DNA of 64,000 nucleotides, filler included, from Basidiobolus ranarum (Eukaryota): NCBI GenBank assembly GCA_040143965.1. It is 19 parts of 19 records of this genome, joined end to end, with 100 filler letters (N's around TTAATTAATTAA, not from the genome) between each part and the next. Parts side by side here need not be neighbours in the genome. Positions count along the whole stretch, not along the records: positions 50,816 to 54,087 come from JASJQH010009472.1; positions 54,188 to 57,458 come from JASJQH010009473.1; positions 57,559 to 60,829 come from JASJQH010009474.1; positions 60,930 to 64,000 come from JASJQH010009628.1; 15 more parts are not named here. One strand, 5' to 3'. Shown piece by piece: positions 52,612 to 64,000 of this stretch (position 1 is its first letter; each line of letters starts with the position of its first letter). The notes under the pieces were generated by a model. It saw only the letters and a program-made list of their open reading frames with translations, ran no database searches and was not told where the DNA came from. The position numbers and the translations under genes were made by a program.

Positions 52612-53604
52612 TAAATATGTACTGAAAAACTGATGCTCACACTCCAAGTTTACTATTCCTTTTTCTTAATTCAATAAAAGGATTTCTTGTCGAACTTCAT
52701 ACTATGTTACTGGGATATTTTCCTTTTTATTGGTCTTCTAGTACAACTCTAATGCGGCAATAGTTTATAAATTTCCACCAAAGACAAAGAGTGTGTAGCA
52801 TATAGATCCTAAATGCAAACCTTATTCACAGGTACTACAAACACTGCAGGGATATATAGTTAAACAATTGATACTTAGAGTTGTAGTGTGTGAGATCTTA
52901 CTGTGAGCTTTAGCATGCTAGTAAACACGAGGTGCTTTGATTCATGGGCGCCACTATTAATTATTTTGTGTTGATAACTAATATTTGCTATATGGTGATT
53001 TGGTAATCAAAGTAGAACGTCATTACCTACGTCCAAATATAAACACCGTAGCTAAGCATTAGGAACTAATGAATTTCTCAACGCCTCTCACTATATGGAC
53101 ACATCACTCTCCCCTCAAATGGTATACAATTTTAGAGTCACAGTCTAGATATCCTAAATACATAGCGTAGGATATCAAGTGCCACCGATATAAATAGAAT
53201 ATATAGTTAGACGGCCCTTGATAAACGTTGTGACACGTGAAATGCTAATAAGTGTTTGAGCATGCCAGTAAGGAGATATTTGAATTATATTGCGTGAGAA
53301 ACACATCTGTGAGTGCATCTCTCACTAAAATACTGGTTTACCAACAACCTTCAGAAACAATAAATTGACTTGCTAATCAAGGTAAAATTTATCACTGCCT
53401 GTTTCTAACAAATATAAAGCAGCCTATATTGTCATTTATTAACCTTAGCGGAACTGTTTTTTACGATATGGTTTATGCGCTTTTTCAATATAACGACGGC
53501 TTCGCAGTGAAAAAGAGATTATCCAACGTATAAAAGGACCAGATATTACTTTGCTTTCATACAGCTTCAGTTGTTTTTTCTACTATCACTTACACATACT
53601 AAAA

Positions 53605-54087
53605 ATGTATCTCAAATCTACTTTTGTCAGTGTCATATTGTTAGCCTCTCTAACTAGTGCAGCCGACGACAGGCCAAGCACACCTCTTGGCCAAAATGTT
53701 GAATCTTCTGCATCTACTTTTCCACTAAGTGGCACGATGGTCATTAACGCGGATATCGATTTCTTCGTTCCCGACTTCATGTTAGATAAGGAAATTGAAC
53801 TCACTACCGAAGAATCTCAAATGCGTCGTATCAACCTAAAAAAAATACTATCTCGCTTGTCCAAGGCCTCTGGAGTGAAGAAAGGAAAACTCAACTCACT
53901 CAAGGTCAAGAAGGTTGGTAAACTTGCGACAGGGATGAGTCCTGAAACAGGGGACCATGCCACTAGTAATTCTGTCTCACCTGCTGTGGACAGTGCAGAG
54001 AATAGCAATATTGACTACAGTGTAGATGGTGAGGGGATCACAGACTTAGATACTTCCCCAGAAGAAACTGAGTTACGCCCAGGAGGC
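53605..54087 (+). CDS. Gly/Arg/Phe-repeat secreted precursor, copy 3 (intact frame, 3' truncated)
   Basis: MYLKSTFVSVILLASLTSAADD..DIDFFVPDFMLDKE..QMRRINLKK..SPEETELRPGG, collinear with copy 2. Confidence 0.85.
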
Positions 54088-54785
54088 NNNNNNNNNNNNN
54101 NNNNNNNNNNNNNNNNNNNNNNNNNNNNNNNTTAATTAATTAANNNNNNNNNNNNNNNNNNNNNNNNNNNNNNNNNNNNNNNNNNNNTCGAGATTGTTAG
54201 AGCTATATCTACTGTTTATGTTGATTACATAAGTATTGGGGGAATGTAGAGCGGCATGGCACTCAAGTCGTGATAATAGAACGAGGTTGACAATGCCGCA
54301 TCAAATACTATTGATATTGATGGCCCTGGATCTAACTACAGCTACAGTGACAGTCACAGATACAGATGCAGCTGATTGAGAAGAGCACGAATTAACAGTA
54401 GTTACTATAACAAGCACAGTAACTCAAACCCAAATCCATATTGATAATGGAATAGCAGTCACAATTGGGTCCACATTGACTACTACTGCTCACGATCATG
54501 TTACTAATTTTGTGATATTGGCCAATACAGATATCACAATAATAGACAGAATTACTACAAGTACAAACACAAAAGAGATATGCCCATTAGAAGAGTAACT
54601 GCTACTATAACTACAACAACTTTTACAACATTCAGGAACTGGATAAGGACTGGAGGTGCGTGCAAGAATCTTGGTGAGAAGGAAGTTGCTTGGGTGTAGA
54701 CTGGTGGATAAAACTGTTGATGGATTTTGGGAGCTATGGGAAGTGGTTTGGAGAGTTAGAAGAATTTGTAGCTTTCAATTATTAC

Positions 54786-55123
54786 TGTTGAAGTTGGCAT
54801 TGCCTATACACCTATATAGTCATATATAGCTTAGTATTTAGTTATCCTATATTCCACTAAGATATCACTCATTATTCGATATTGGAATTTACTTAGAATA
54901 TTGACACCAACTTAGAAGTTCTCAGATCTATTGACTCTTCAAAGAAGCCCCAAACTTTGCACGCATGTTCTTGGGACCTTCCTTGACACATTCTACATGT
55001 GAGTTTGTTTATATCTTGACAAAACTGTAAATTGCAACTTTCTACTCAATAAATCAATATGTGAAAACCACCAATTCCTCTAATTCTCCAAACACTTCCA
55101 ACAGGCTCCCAAATACTTTAACA
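54786..55123 (+). repeat. Copia LTR (family C), no matching TSD
   Basis: TGTTGAAG...CTTTAACA. Aligns with 63254-63601 and with the reverse complement of 59049-59399. Confidence 0.85.
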
Positions 55124-55936
55124 CATTGAAGATGATCTTTCAATTGATCAACCCACCTGATAAAATAGCATAACTATCATCACAATCACAATCACCACTA
55201 CCAAATCAAAACAGCATCAAATATCCTCTCTTTAAGTATAAATATTTGGAAATCTCAATAAAGAATCTAAGAACCTAACCCTTACCCTTACCAGAACATC
55301 TATACCCTCTGCTTGTCCTAGCACTATAGGAAGAGTCTCTCATCTTCATGTGAACAACAGACTGGTATCAAATTATTCAAATAAAGCTTGCTATGTAGAC
55401 AACAAGTGTTCAGGCCTCATTTTTGAAACAAGTATTCATCACGGTCACCGGCCTATATGACAATTTGGACACTGCTAGTGCTGGTAGCAGTTGAGGAACC
55501 AATATCAAGTATCAATCAGGCTCTACTATGAAGTTAGAGGGTAGTACTATGGAGTCCGAATTTTCCAGAGAACGAGGGTACAAACACTCACCTAATAATT
55601 CTGATAACCCTTCGGTCATGATAGTTCCGGATCAAGAACGTCAATACTCGACACCTGCAGAAGTCCGTGGTTAAAACGGAGTGATCAAAATCCAGAGTAT
55701 AAATCTCTCTTATGCTAAAATCCACCTACAAAGGACTCAAATGATTCTCTTTGCTTCCACCATAGCGATATCCGAAAGTTAGGACTAAGAGAGTAGATCA
55801 AATGTTATAGAATTAGGGAGGTTTATTAATCTCAAACTGTACAAATGGTGAGGCATGATTCCGTGATGAAATGTAAATGCAAGTGGTTAACTATTGGGAC
55901 TAGTAAATCAAAAGTGCCATAAATGAGTGATTAGTA

Positions 55937-57458
55937 TCAAAGCAGCATGCCAGCAATGGTAGCACTCATCAAAGTAGACATGGTACCGCACAGCATGGCG
56001 GAGAATGCAAGCTCAGCAAGATCCTTTTTGCGAGAGGGTGCCATAGCTCCCAAGGCACCAATTTGAATACCAATTGATCCGAAATTGGCGAATCCACAGA
56101 GACAATAAATACCCAAAGATGCAGTTCTTTCCTGGAGTACACCGGAAGTGGTTAATCTGGCCAGTTCTGCAAATGCTGCGAATTCGTTAACGAACATCTT
56201 GGTAGCCATCAAACGAGCAACAGTAAGTAAATCCGCATTTGGAATACCCACTAACCACATGAAAGGATAGAACAAATAACCAACAATAAGTTCAAGGGTA
56301 AGAGAATCTATGTTGAAAAAGTTTCCTATCCAAGTAAGGAATGAATTGACCAAGGCTAGAAGTGAAATAAATGATATAACAGTAGCAAGAATCAATAACG
56401 CCAATTCTATGCCTTGTGCGGCTCCGTTCGAAGCAGCATGGAGAAAGTTGGCCTCTTTGTCTTCACTCTCGGGAATTCGGACTTTACCCTTGGTAACTGG
56501 CTCACCAGTTTCTGGGAAACGAATCTTGGAGATGGCTAGACCACAAGGAACCGACATTACACAAGAAGTAATTAACGTTTGTGCATCAACCTTCATTGAA
56601 ATAAATGCAACTAAAACAGAGCCGGAAATGGTAGCAAATCCTGAGGTCATGGCAGAATGAAGTTCACTACGAGTCATAGTTGCTAAAAAGGGAAGAACAA
56701 GCAATGAGGATTCGCCCATACCGACGAAAGGAGAGGCAGCGGCAACAACAGACTCGGCGCCACTAGTACCCATGAGCCTAACCATTAGCCAAGCAAATTT
56801 ACGAACAATCCATTGCATACCACCAAGGTAATATACAACCTTCACAATGGCAGCGAAGAAAATAACTGCTGGTAAGACAGTGAAGACAAAAATACCGATG
56901 TCGGCGATATCATCACTTGTTACAAATGCCAAGCCTGATTTGGAGAAATGGAGCAACGTGGAGCACATGTTTGATAACCAGCTGAAGATGTCGTATCCGA
57001 CAGATGTCTTGAGAATAAATAAGCCAAGGAGGAATTGTAATAAAACACCAACAACAACTGTTCTCCAGGGAATATTTTTGCGATTGTCGGATGTAGCATA
57101 TAGTACCACAATAAATACAACGAGACCAAGGAGTGATCTCAACCTGTCTAGGCGACTACTATGTCCTTCTTGAACAGGAAGAGCAAGTGTAACCGATACA
57201 ATCAATGCAGCCGGAAGTAGAACACCCAAAATGAGACGGATCTTTTCGGGAATCACCGAGATAACTTTCATGATAGCACCGAAAAGTATTCCCAAAGGCT
57301 TGGATAGAACTCTGGTAGTAACGTGGTAAAACATGAGCTTTAAGGAGACAAAAGCCCAGAGTAACGAAAGGACCAAGGTATCCTTGCCGTGTAATATCCA
57401 GGCTCCGATCATCATCCCAGTGATGACCAAGAACATGATGAGGTGGAACCACAGGCGA
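55937..57458 (-). CDS. Concentrative nucleoside transporter (CNT/SLC28 family), 5' truncated
   Basis: IPWRTVVVG..QF, FVFTVLPAVIFF, GTSGAESVVAAASPFVGMGE, MTSGFATISGS, K.FVNEF.AF, CGFANFGSIGIQIG. Confidence 0.95.
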
Positions 57459-57849
57459 NNNNNNNNNNNNNNNNNNNNNNNNNNNNNNNNNNNNNNNNNN
57501 NNTTAATTAATTAANNNNNNNNNNNNNNNNNNNNNNNNNNNNNNNNNNNNNNNNNNNNTGATAAAGACAATAAACTTCAACAGTAAGTAGGGCTATTTCT
57601 GATCAAAATTGATCTCCTGGTTTGGGACAAAGGTACTACAAGTTCTGGCATTGTATTGAGCACTTCAGTAGGCAAAATTAGGTTGAAGGGTCTACAGGAA
57701 TTCTATTTTCTTCATTGTTTTGGTTTCAATTGATTTGAATAATTAGATCAGGAAAAAATTCACTTTCATTACTTCTGTCATAATTGAATAGTTTCTTGAT
57801 TGGAATAACTTATTTTTACACATAAACCTCTTGGATTATATGTAAGCTT

Positions 57850-59399
57850 TTATAAGTTCTGCTCCTTTTCTCCCAAAGCTAAATAATTCCCATTTTGACC
57901 GGTAATGGTGCATCTTGACTTATCAAAATTGAATTTTAGCCCTTTTGAGGTTGCCTTGCATACAGATATTAAATTCTTGGCAATATCTGGAACATGTAGT
58001 AGATCTGTAAAAGTATGTACTTTCTCTTCAGAAGCTCCAGTTAAATTGACTTGAATTGTTCCTATTTCAATAGCATCAAAAGTGCAGTCATCTCCCATGA
58101 AAACCTTTCTAATTGGGATTTCTTCATAACCCACAAACCAATGTTTTTCATTTGTGAAATGTTGGGAAGCTCCAGAATCAATATACCACATCTGAGAATC
58201 CTTGTTGGTAGTCATAAAGAGAGCAGATATGAATAAGTGATCTTCTGTTGTAACCACATTTCCAGATTCAGTACATTTTTTTTCTTTTGCCATTCTTTTA
58301 AAGCAATCTTTGCTTAAATGGCCAGTTCTTTTACAGTAATCACAGAATGTGTTACTTTTCTTCTTAAGGTGCTTTTGACCTCTATTGGAATGTTCCTCAT
58401 GGCCTATTAAAGCATTTTTTTCATTTTTTGGTTGGATCCTGATTTATGTAAATCTTCATCCAGAAGTCTGCCAAATACATAAGTTAAATTCAAATTTGCA
58501 GTTCTTAATTTTAGGGCCATTACTAGGCTCTGAATCTTGTGTGGCAGGCTATTCAGGACTGTACCTATGATATCTTGATCAATAGTAGGTACTCCAATGC
58601 ATTTCATTTCACAAACTAAAATAGTGACTCTATTAATTAGTGATTTAATGTCTTCTCTTGGCTTCATCTATAAGTAAGACAATTATCTTCTTAGAAACAT
58701 CTTGTTGGCAGTAGAACCTGTCTGATAGATGTCTTCTAAGGCTTTCCATACCTTCTTGGTAGTTTTAGCTCTTGAACATTGAATTAGCAATTTGTCTTTG
58801 ACATTAAGACAAATTGTGCTAAAGGCACTTTGTTCTTTTTTAACCTGTAGTAAAACTTTAGTTTGAGATAGTTTTGCATTGTTTTCTTCTCCTACAACAG
58901 TGTCCCAAAGTCATTTTTCTTGCCGCAGCTTTTTTATTTTTATTTTTGAAATTGATGATTTGTTCCATCCAATTTTTCAGAAGAGGGAAAATTTCTATAA
59001 ACTTGAGAAGTTGACATTACAGAGAGTGCAAGCTTGGGGCTCATAACCTGTTAAAGTATTTGGGAGCCTGTTGGAAGTGGTTTGGAGTATTAGAGGAATT
59101 GGTGGTTTTTCACTTGTTGATTTATTGAGTTGAAAGTTAACATTTATAGTTTTGTCAAGATGTAAACAAGCTAATGTATACAATGTAATAAGAAAGGTCC
59201 CAGGAACATGTGTGCAAAGTTTGGGGCTTCTAGCACATGTTTGAAAAATTTATATATCTGAGAACTTTTAAGTTAGTAATAATATTCCAAGTAAATTCCA
59301 ATTGAGAATAATGGATAATATCTTAGTGAATTATAAGATAACTAAGAACTAAGCTATATATGACTATATATAGGTGTTTAGGTAATGCTAATTTCCACA
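57850..59399 (-). mobile_element. Copia 5' LTR (59049-59399, family C), PBS (59037-59048), gag and protease
   Basis: Perfect PBS GGTTATGAGCCC; gag VLNSLP; zinc knuckle CDYCKRTGHLSKDC; protease WYIDSGASQHFT..VPDIAKNLISV. Confidence 0.9.
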
Positions 59400-60829
59400 A
59401 CATGTAGTAACCATGACTCTAAAACTCCTATGGAAATCTGGACTGGAAACAAGCCTAATCTGAATCATATCAGAATAATTGGATCAATAGTATAAGCTCA
59501 AATTCCTAAACCTCAGCATAGGAAATTGGACAAGAAGGGAATTAAATGTATCCTATTAAGATATCAGAACAAAGGCTAATGTCTCCTAATTGCTGGCTGT
59601 TGGAGGATCTTGACACAATGGGGGTAGACTTTGAGTATTACAAGCAACTTATGATAGTGTGTTTTAGTTACTTTACTCTTAAGAGTATATGGTGACTTAT
59701 AGAGTAGAAAAGTAAATCAATTGTTTGAGATATTCAGAAGTTTGTGTAATAAGATATAATAGATAAGTGGGGGTAATAAGACATACTTGTTATATAGATA
59801 TAGAGATATTCCTATTTAGAATATAGGGGCTATAGATATGTTGCTTTCTGTTTCTGATATATGTATCATAACTAAAGTTAACTATGATGTTGAACAAAGA
59901 TTAATTATCCAACACTGGCCCATATCAAATCATCAACTCCAGAGATACCAGATTCATTGAAGAAAATCTGAAATCTTCTAATCAAGGGAATTTGATTTTG
60001 GCTGAAAATCAATTTCTCAATAACTCAAATTCTGAGTTAGCAAGTTCTGAAACCAATCTTGAGCTAACAAGCATTGAAACCAACTTGGAAGATGATACAT
60101 TGGAAATAGATATAGGATTAGGCCAAATTTGGAATCAGAAGCTCAAATCATTACTAATCCTTGAGGTGAATATTCCTAGCAGAAAGCCAACAAGCAATAA
60201 TTATGCCTCAAACATCACTATAAGTACTGAAACCAAGGGGAACAAACTATTATAAGAGATTCTGGAATCAAGCAGCAATACAAGTAGTGAAACATTAGGC
60301 AATACTGCAAATGCACCAATTTATATCAGAAAACCTGATCATTACTGTGAGGATACTAAAAATTTGGAACCAGCTTCTGGAAATCAGCATTTTATTTCTG
60401 CTGAAAAAAAATAAGGTAATCAGAAAAAGATATTTTGCTAGCCAATCAAGAATCTGGAGGTTGGGCTCAGAAACAGGGCAATAATTCTCTGACCAATCAT
60501 GTATCTAAGAAAAATCCTACTCTCAATATGGCTGATGTTGGATGCAATCAATTAATGGAAGTATGCAATCAATCACAAAACTCAGGCAATCAGGTCTCAG
60601 AAATCCTACTGAATGGAAATCAGAAACATCCTGTAAGTGAAACATCTGACCATTCTACCAAGGACTTTGGTGGTCTCAAATCAGAGCATGAAATCAACAT
60701 ATTTAATTCAGAAAAAGGGTGGAACATATCTGCACATATAGCATTTTCTGAACCCAAAAATTTGAGACAAGCACTGAAATCTGATGAAGCAACAGAATGG
60801 AGAAAAGCCACTGATGATGAATTTCACTC
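59400..60829 (+). mobile_element. Copia post-integrase linker region (sibling of about 45180-46380)
   Basis: TPMEIWTGNKPNL..KLDKKGIKC..EPKNLRQALKSDEATEWRKA. Confidence 0.85.
59598..59914. repeat. Solo LTR with 5-bp target-site duplication
   Basis: TGTTGGA...TCCAACA is a perfect 7-bp terminal inverted repeat, flanked by CTGGC at 59593-59597 and 59915-59919. Confidence 0.92.
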
Positions 60830-61062
60830 NNNNNNNNNNNNNNNNNNNNNNNNNNNNNNNNNNNNNNNNNNNNTTAATTAATTAANNNNNNNNNNNNNNN
60901 NNNNNNNNNNNNNNNNNNNNNNNNNNNNNAACCGTGGTTATCGCAACCTTTGGACACCTCACACAACCCTTAGGATATTGCAGTTATAGTTGCTGCTTAC
61001 ACCCTAAAACAACAACACCGCTTTTTCTAAAGTTCCTCCAAACAGCCCATATTTTCCCAATA

Positions 61063-63601
61063 AATATATGTATTGATGATGGTGGAGAATATACTTCAAC
61101 ACTATTTAAGCACTTTTGCAACCTTCAAGGAATTATGCAAGAAACCACTGCCCCCTATTCACGCCAACAAAATGGAGTTGCTGAAAGAGCTATCAGGACT
61201 ATAATAGTCATGGCAAGATCCATAACAAATGCACATAGATTATCTCATAACCTTTGGCCAGAATCTGTGCCTACAGCAGTATATCTGGAAAACAGGAGTG
61301 TTACTAGAAGTCTGTCTAACTCTACACCATATCAAGCTTGATTTGGAGTTAACCCTGATGCAAAACATTTGTGAATCTTTGGATGTGTTGCTTATGTCAA
61401 AATTATGGCCAAAAATTGGTCTAAATTTGATCTAAAAAGTACAAAATGCATATTCTGGTTTATTTTATTCAAACTAGGGCCTAGAGACTCTATAATAGCA
61501 AAGTTTCCAAGTTAATCAAGTCCAGGGATGTCTTGTTTAATGAAAATGAAATATTTCCACCCAAAATGACCTCAGATGATGATAACAATCAATTTTCTCC
61601 TGAGCAAATTGTCAAACTGATTCACACCAAAACAATGAAGGAAATAGCATTCCTGTAGATCCTTCAACCAAAATTTTGCCTACTGAAGCTCCCAATATAA
61701 TGCCAGAAGTTGTAGTACTGTTATCCCAAACCAGGAGATCAAATTGGATCAGAAATAGCCCTGATTACTATATCAATGAGTCCCAAAATTGGGCCTTGGC
61801 CTGCACAGCTCAAATACATGGACCCCAGACTGTAAAAGAGGCCCTGAATGGCCCTCACACAAAACTTTGGAGATCTGCAATGGCTGATGAGTACTAGGCT
61901 TTGATTGATAATCAAACTAGGATTTTAACCAACTTACCTAATGATAGAAAATCAATTAGCTGCCAATGGGTGTTAAAAGTTAAATACAACTCCAATGGCA
62001 ATATAGAAAGGTACAAAGCTAGACTAGTAGCCAAACAATATTCCCAAGCACCAGGAATAGACTATACAGAAATGTTTAATCCTGTAGCAAAGATTAAATC
62101 AATTAGATTGATTTTAGCAATTTCAGCTAAATATCAGTTTATTGTACATCAAATGGAGGTTAAACCTTCTTTTTGGAATGGTGAGCTTAACAAGGAGAGT
62201 TATATGGACCAACTAGATGGATTTGTGGACCCAGAAAACTGTAACAAAGTTTGCAGACTTTGGAAAACACTCTATGGCTTAAAACAATCTCTAAGAGATT
62301 GCAATAGCGAGATAGACACTATTTTGGAAACACTCAAATTCTAAAAGAGTAATGCTTACTATAGTATATATTTCAGGCCAGATAAAAAAACCAGTATTAT
62401 TAGCCTCATATGTAGAAGACCTTATTACAGTGACCAATGATTTTAAGACTTTGGAGAAAACCAAATCCAGCTTATCTGCCAAATTCAAAATGACTGATCT
62501 TGGTCAACTGAGGTACTATCTTTGAATCCAACTTAAGATAGCTAGCACTACCAAAACAATAACTTAAAACCAGTCTAAGTATATCCTATATATACTAAAG
62601 AAGCTTAAAATGGAATAATATAGTCCCGTATCTACCCCAATGGAGACAAATTTCAACTTGACCAAAAATGGTTCAAATCAAATGTTCCTAGCTTCAAATG
62701 AAAGCCAGAAATTTCCTTTTCAATCTATGGTTGGTAGTTTGATATATATCATGTTTGACACATTGCCAGATATTGCATATTCTGTGGGAGTTATCTGCTA
62801 ATATCTTCAAAATTATGGATCTGAGCATATCATACTTATATCTTTACTATCATGGAGCTATCTCTTGGAATTTAAAGAAACAACCTACTGTAGCACTTTC
62901 AACTACAGAAGCAAATACATAGCTGCCTGTGAAGCAACAAAAGAAACAATGTGGTTAGGAAAACTCTTAACAGATTTGGGTTGTTCTCAAAATTCACCAA
63001 GTACAATATTTCCAGAAAATCAAAGTTTTATCAAATTAACTAAAAATCCCATGTTTCATGATAGAAGCAAACATATATATATTAAGCATCACTTCATCAG
63101 AGAGACTTTAGAGAATAAATTTATAGACTTAACTTATTGCTCTACAGAAGACATCATTGCTGATATATTAACCAAACCATTGGCTAGATAGCAATTTGAG
63201 AAACTTGGATCTCTCTTGAGATTAGTCAATAAGACTATGGAGTTGAGGGAGAGTGTTAAGATTAGCATGGCCTAAATACCTATATAGTCATTTATAGCTT
63301 AGTACCTAGTTACCTTGTAATTCACTAAAATATTATCCATTATTGTCAAATGGAATTTACTTGGAATATTTTTACCAACTTAGAAGTTCTCAGATCTATG
63401 GATTTTTCAAACTTGTGCTAGAAGCCTCAAACCTTGTACACATGTTCCTGTGACTTTCCTTAACACATTTAACATGTTTGTTTGTTTACATGTTGACAAA
63501 ACTATAAATGTCAACTTTCTACTTAATAAATCAATAAGTGAAAACCAGCAACTCCTCAAATTCTTCAACTTACTTCCCACAGGCTACCACATACTTTAAC
63601 A
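61063..63601 (+). mobile_element. 3' half of a Ty1/copia element: integrase, RT, RNase H, PPT (about 63243-63253) and 3' LTR (63254-63601)
   Basis: DDGGEY..QQNGVAERA, RYKARLVAK..PGIDY, LYGLKQ, HDRSKHI..ADILTKPL, then TTGAGGGAGAG followed by TGTTAAG...TTAACA. Confidence 0.93.
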
Positions 63602-64000
63602 TCTGGGCTCTTCCATAACACAATCTACATATTAGTTTGTTTACATCTTGACAAAACCATAGATTATCATAAATATGTTAATGTATATGGTGGAGGATTA
63701 TCATAAATATAGTATTACAAGAAAAGGAATGTTTTTATTAAATGACAAGCCATACATGCAATATATTTTAGATCACAAGAGGGCTGATGTCTTGGAGTCT
63801 TTGCACAAGCACAAGTATCACAGGCAGATATATAAGTCTTGACAAATGCAAGCATTTTGGGCCACCAATAATCCCTGGATGCCAACATGTATGATTTGGC
63901 AACACCAAAGTGTCATGCCAGTGGTGAGTCATGTCTTACTTGCATGATCTTGAGTCTAGAAGTGTGGTCTGGAATGTAAAGGTGCTTCTTATCAAATAAA

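Noticed and set aside
55274-55292. CCTAACCCTTACCCTTACC as telomeric repeat
   Set aside because: Only about three imperfect units, internal to a contig and next to LTR debris.
56310-57452. Short overlapping ORFs in the track (also 4744-5034, 6909-7247, 14911-15129, 16408-16653, 52316-52647 and others)
   Set aside because: They are antisense or alternative-frame shadows of identified genes, with no independent support.

Overview
This window is not one locus. It is 19 unplaced eukaryotic contigs of about 3.27-3.30 kb, sorted by decreasing length and joined by 18 artificial 100-nt linkers (N44-TTAATTAATTAA-N44). Short GT-AG introns and the gene content indicate a fungus, probably an intron-rich early-diverging lineage (inference). 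About half the contigs carry ordinary genes, often cut at contig ends: HAP2/NF-YA, SPB1, SND2/TMEM208, AP-3 mu, two divergent malic enzymes, a SET-domain protein, a stomatin, RPS18, SKI2, an F-box protein, a CBM18 protein, an IQ-BAG protein and a CNT nucleoside transporter. The rest are nested, decayed transposons (several Ty1/copia families, Ty3/gypsy, and a CACTA/EnSpm-like DNA transposon) almost stripped of CpG. The most notable observations are: (1) a tandem family of secreted precursors ending in a cationic Gly/Arg/Phe-repeat peptide with an acidic three-Cys tail; (2) a 282-bp LTR-like unit containing a tRNA-like cloverleaf with Pol III A/B boxes; (3) alignment evidence for CpG-specific, not CpA/RIP-type, hypermutation of repeats; (4) a CACTA-like element with a divergent accessory ORF; (5) two opposite-orientation LTR insertions at almost the same base of a copia integrase; (6) a head-to-head cytosolic/mitochondrial malic enzyme pair with a repeated, structured motif between them. 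All calls come from reading the sequence by eye; no database searches were run.
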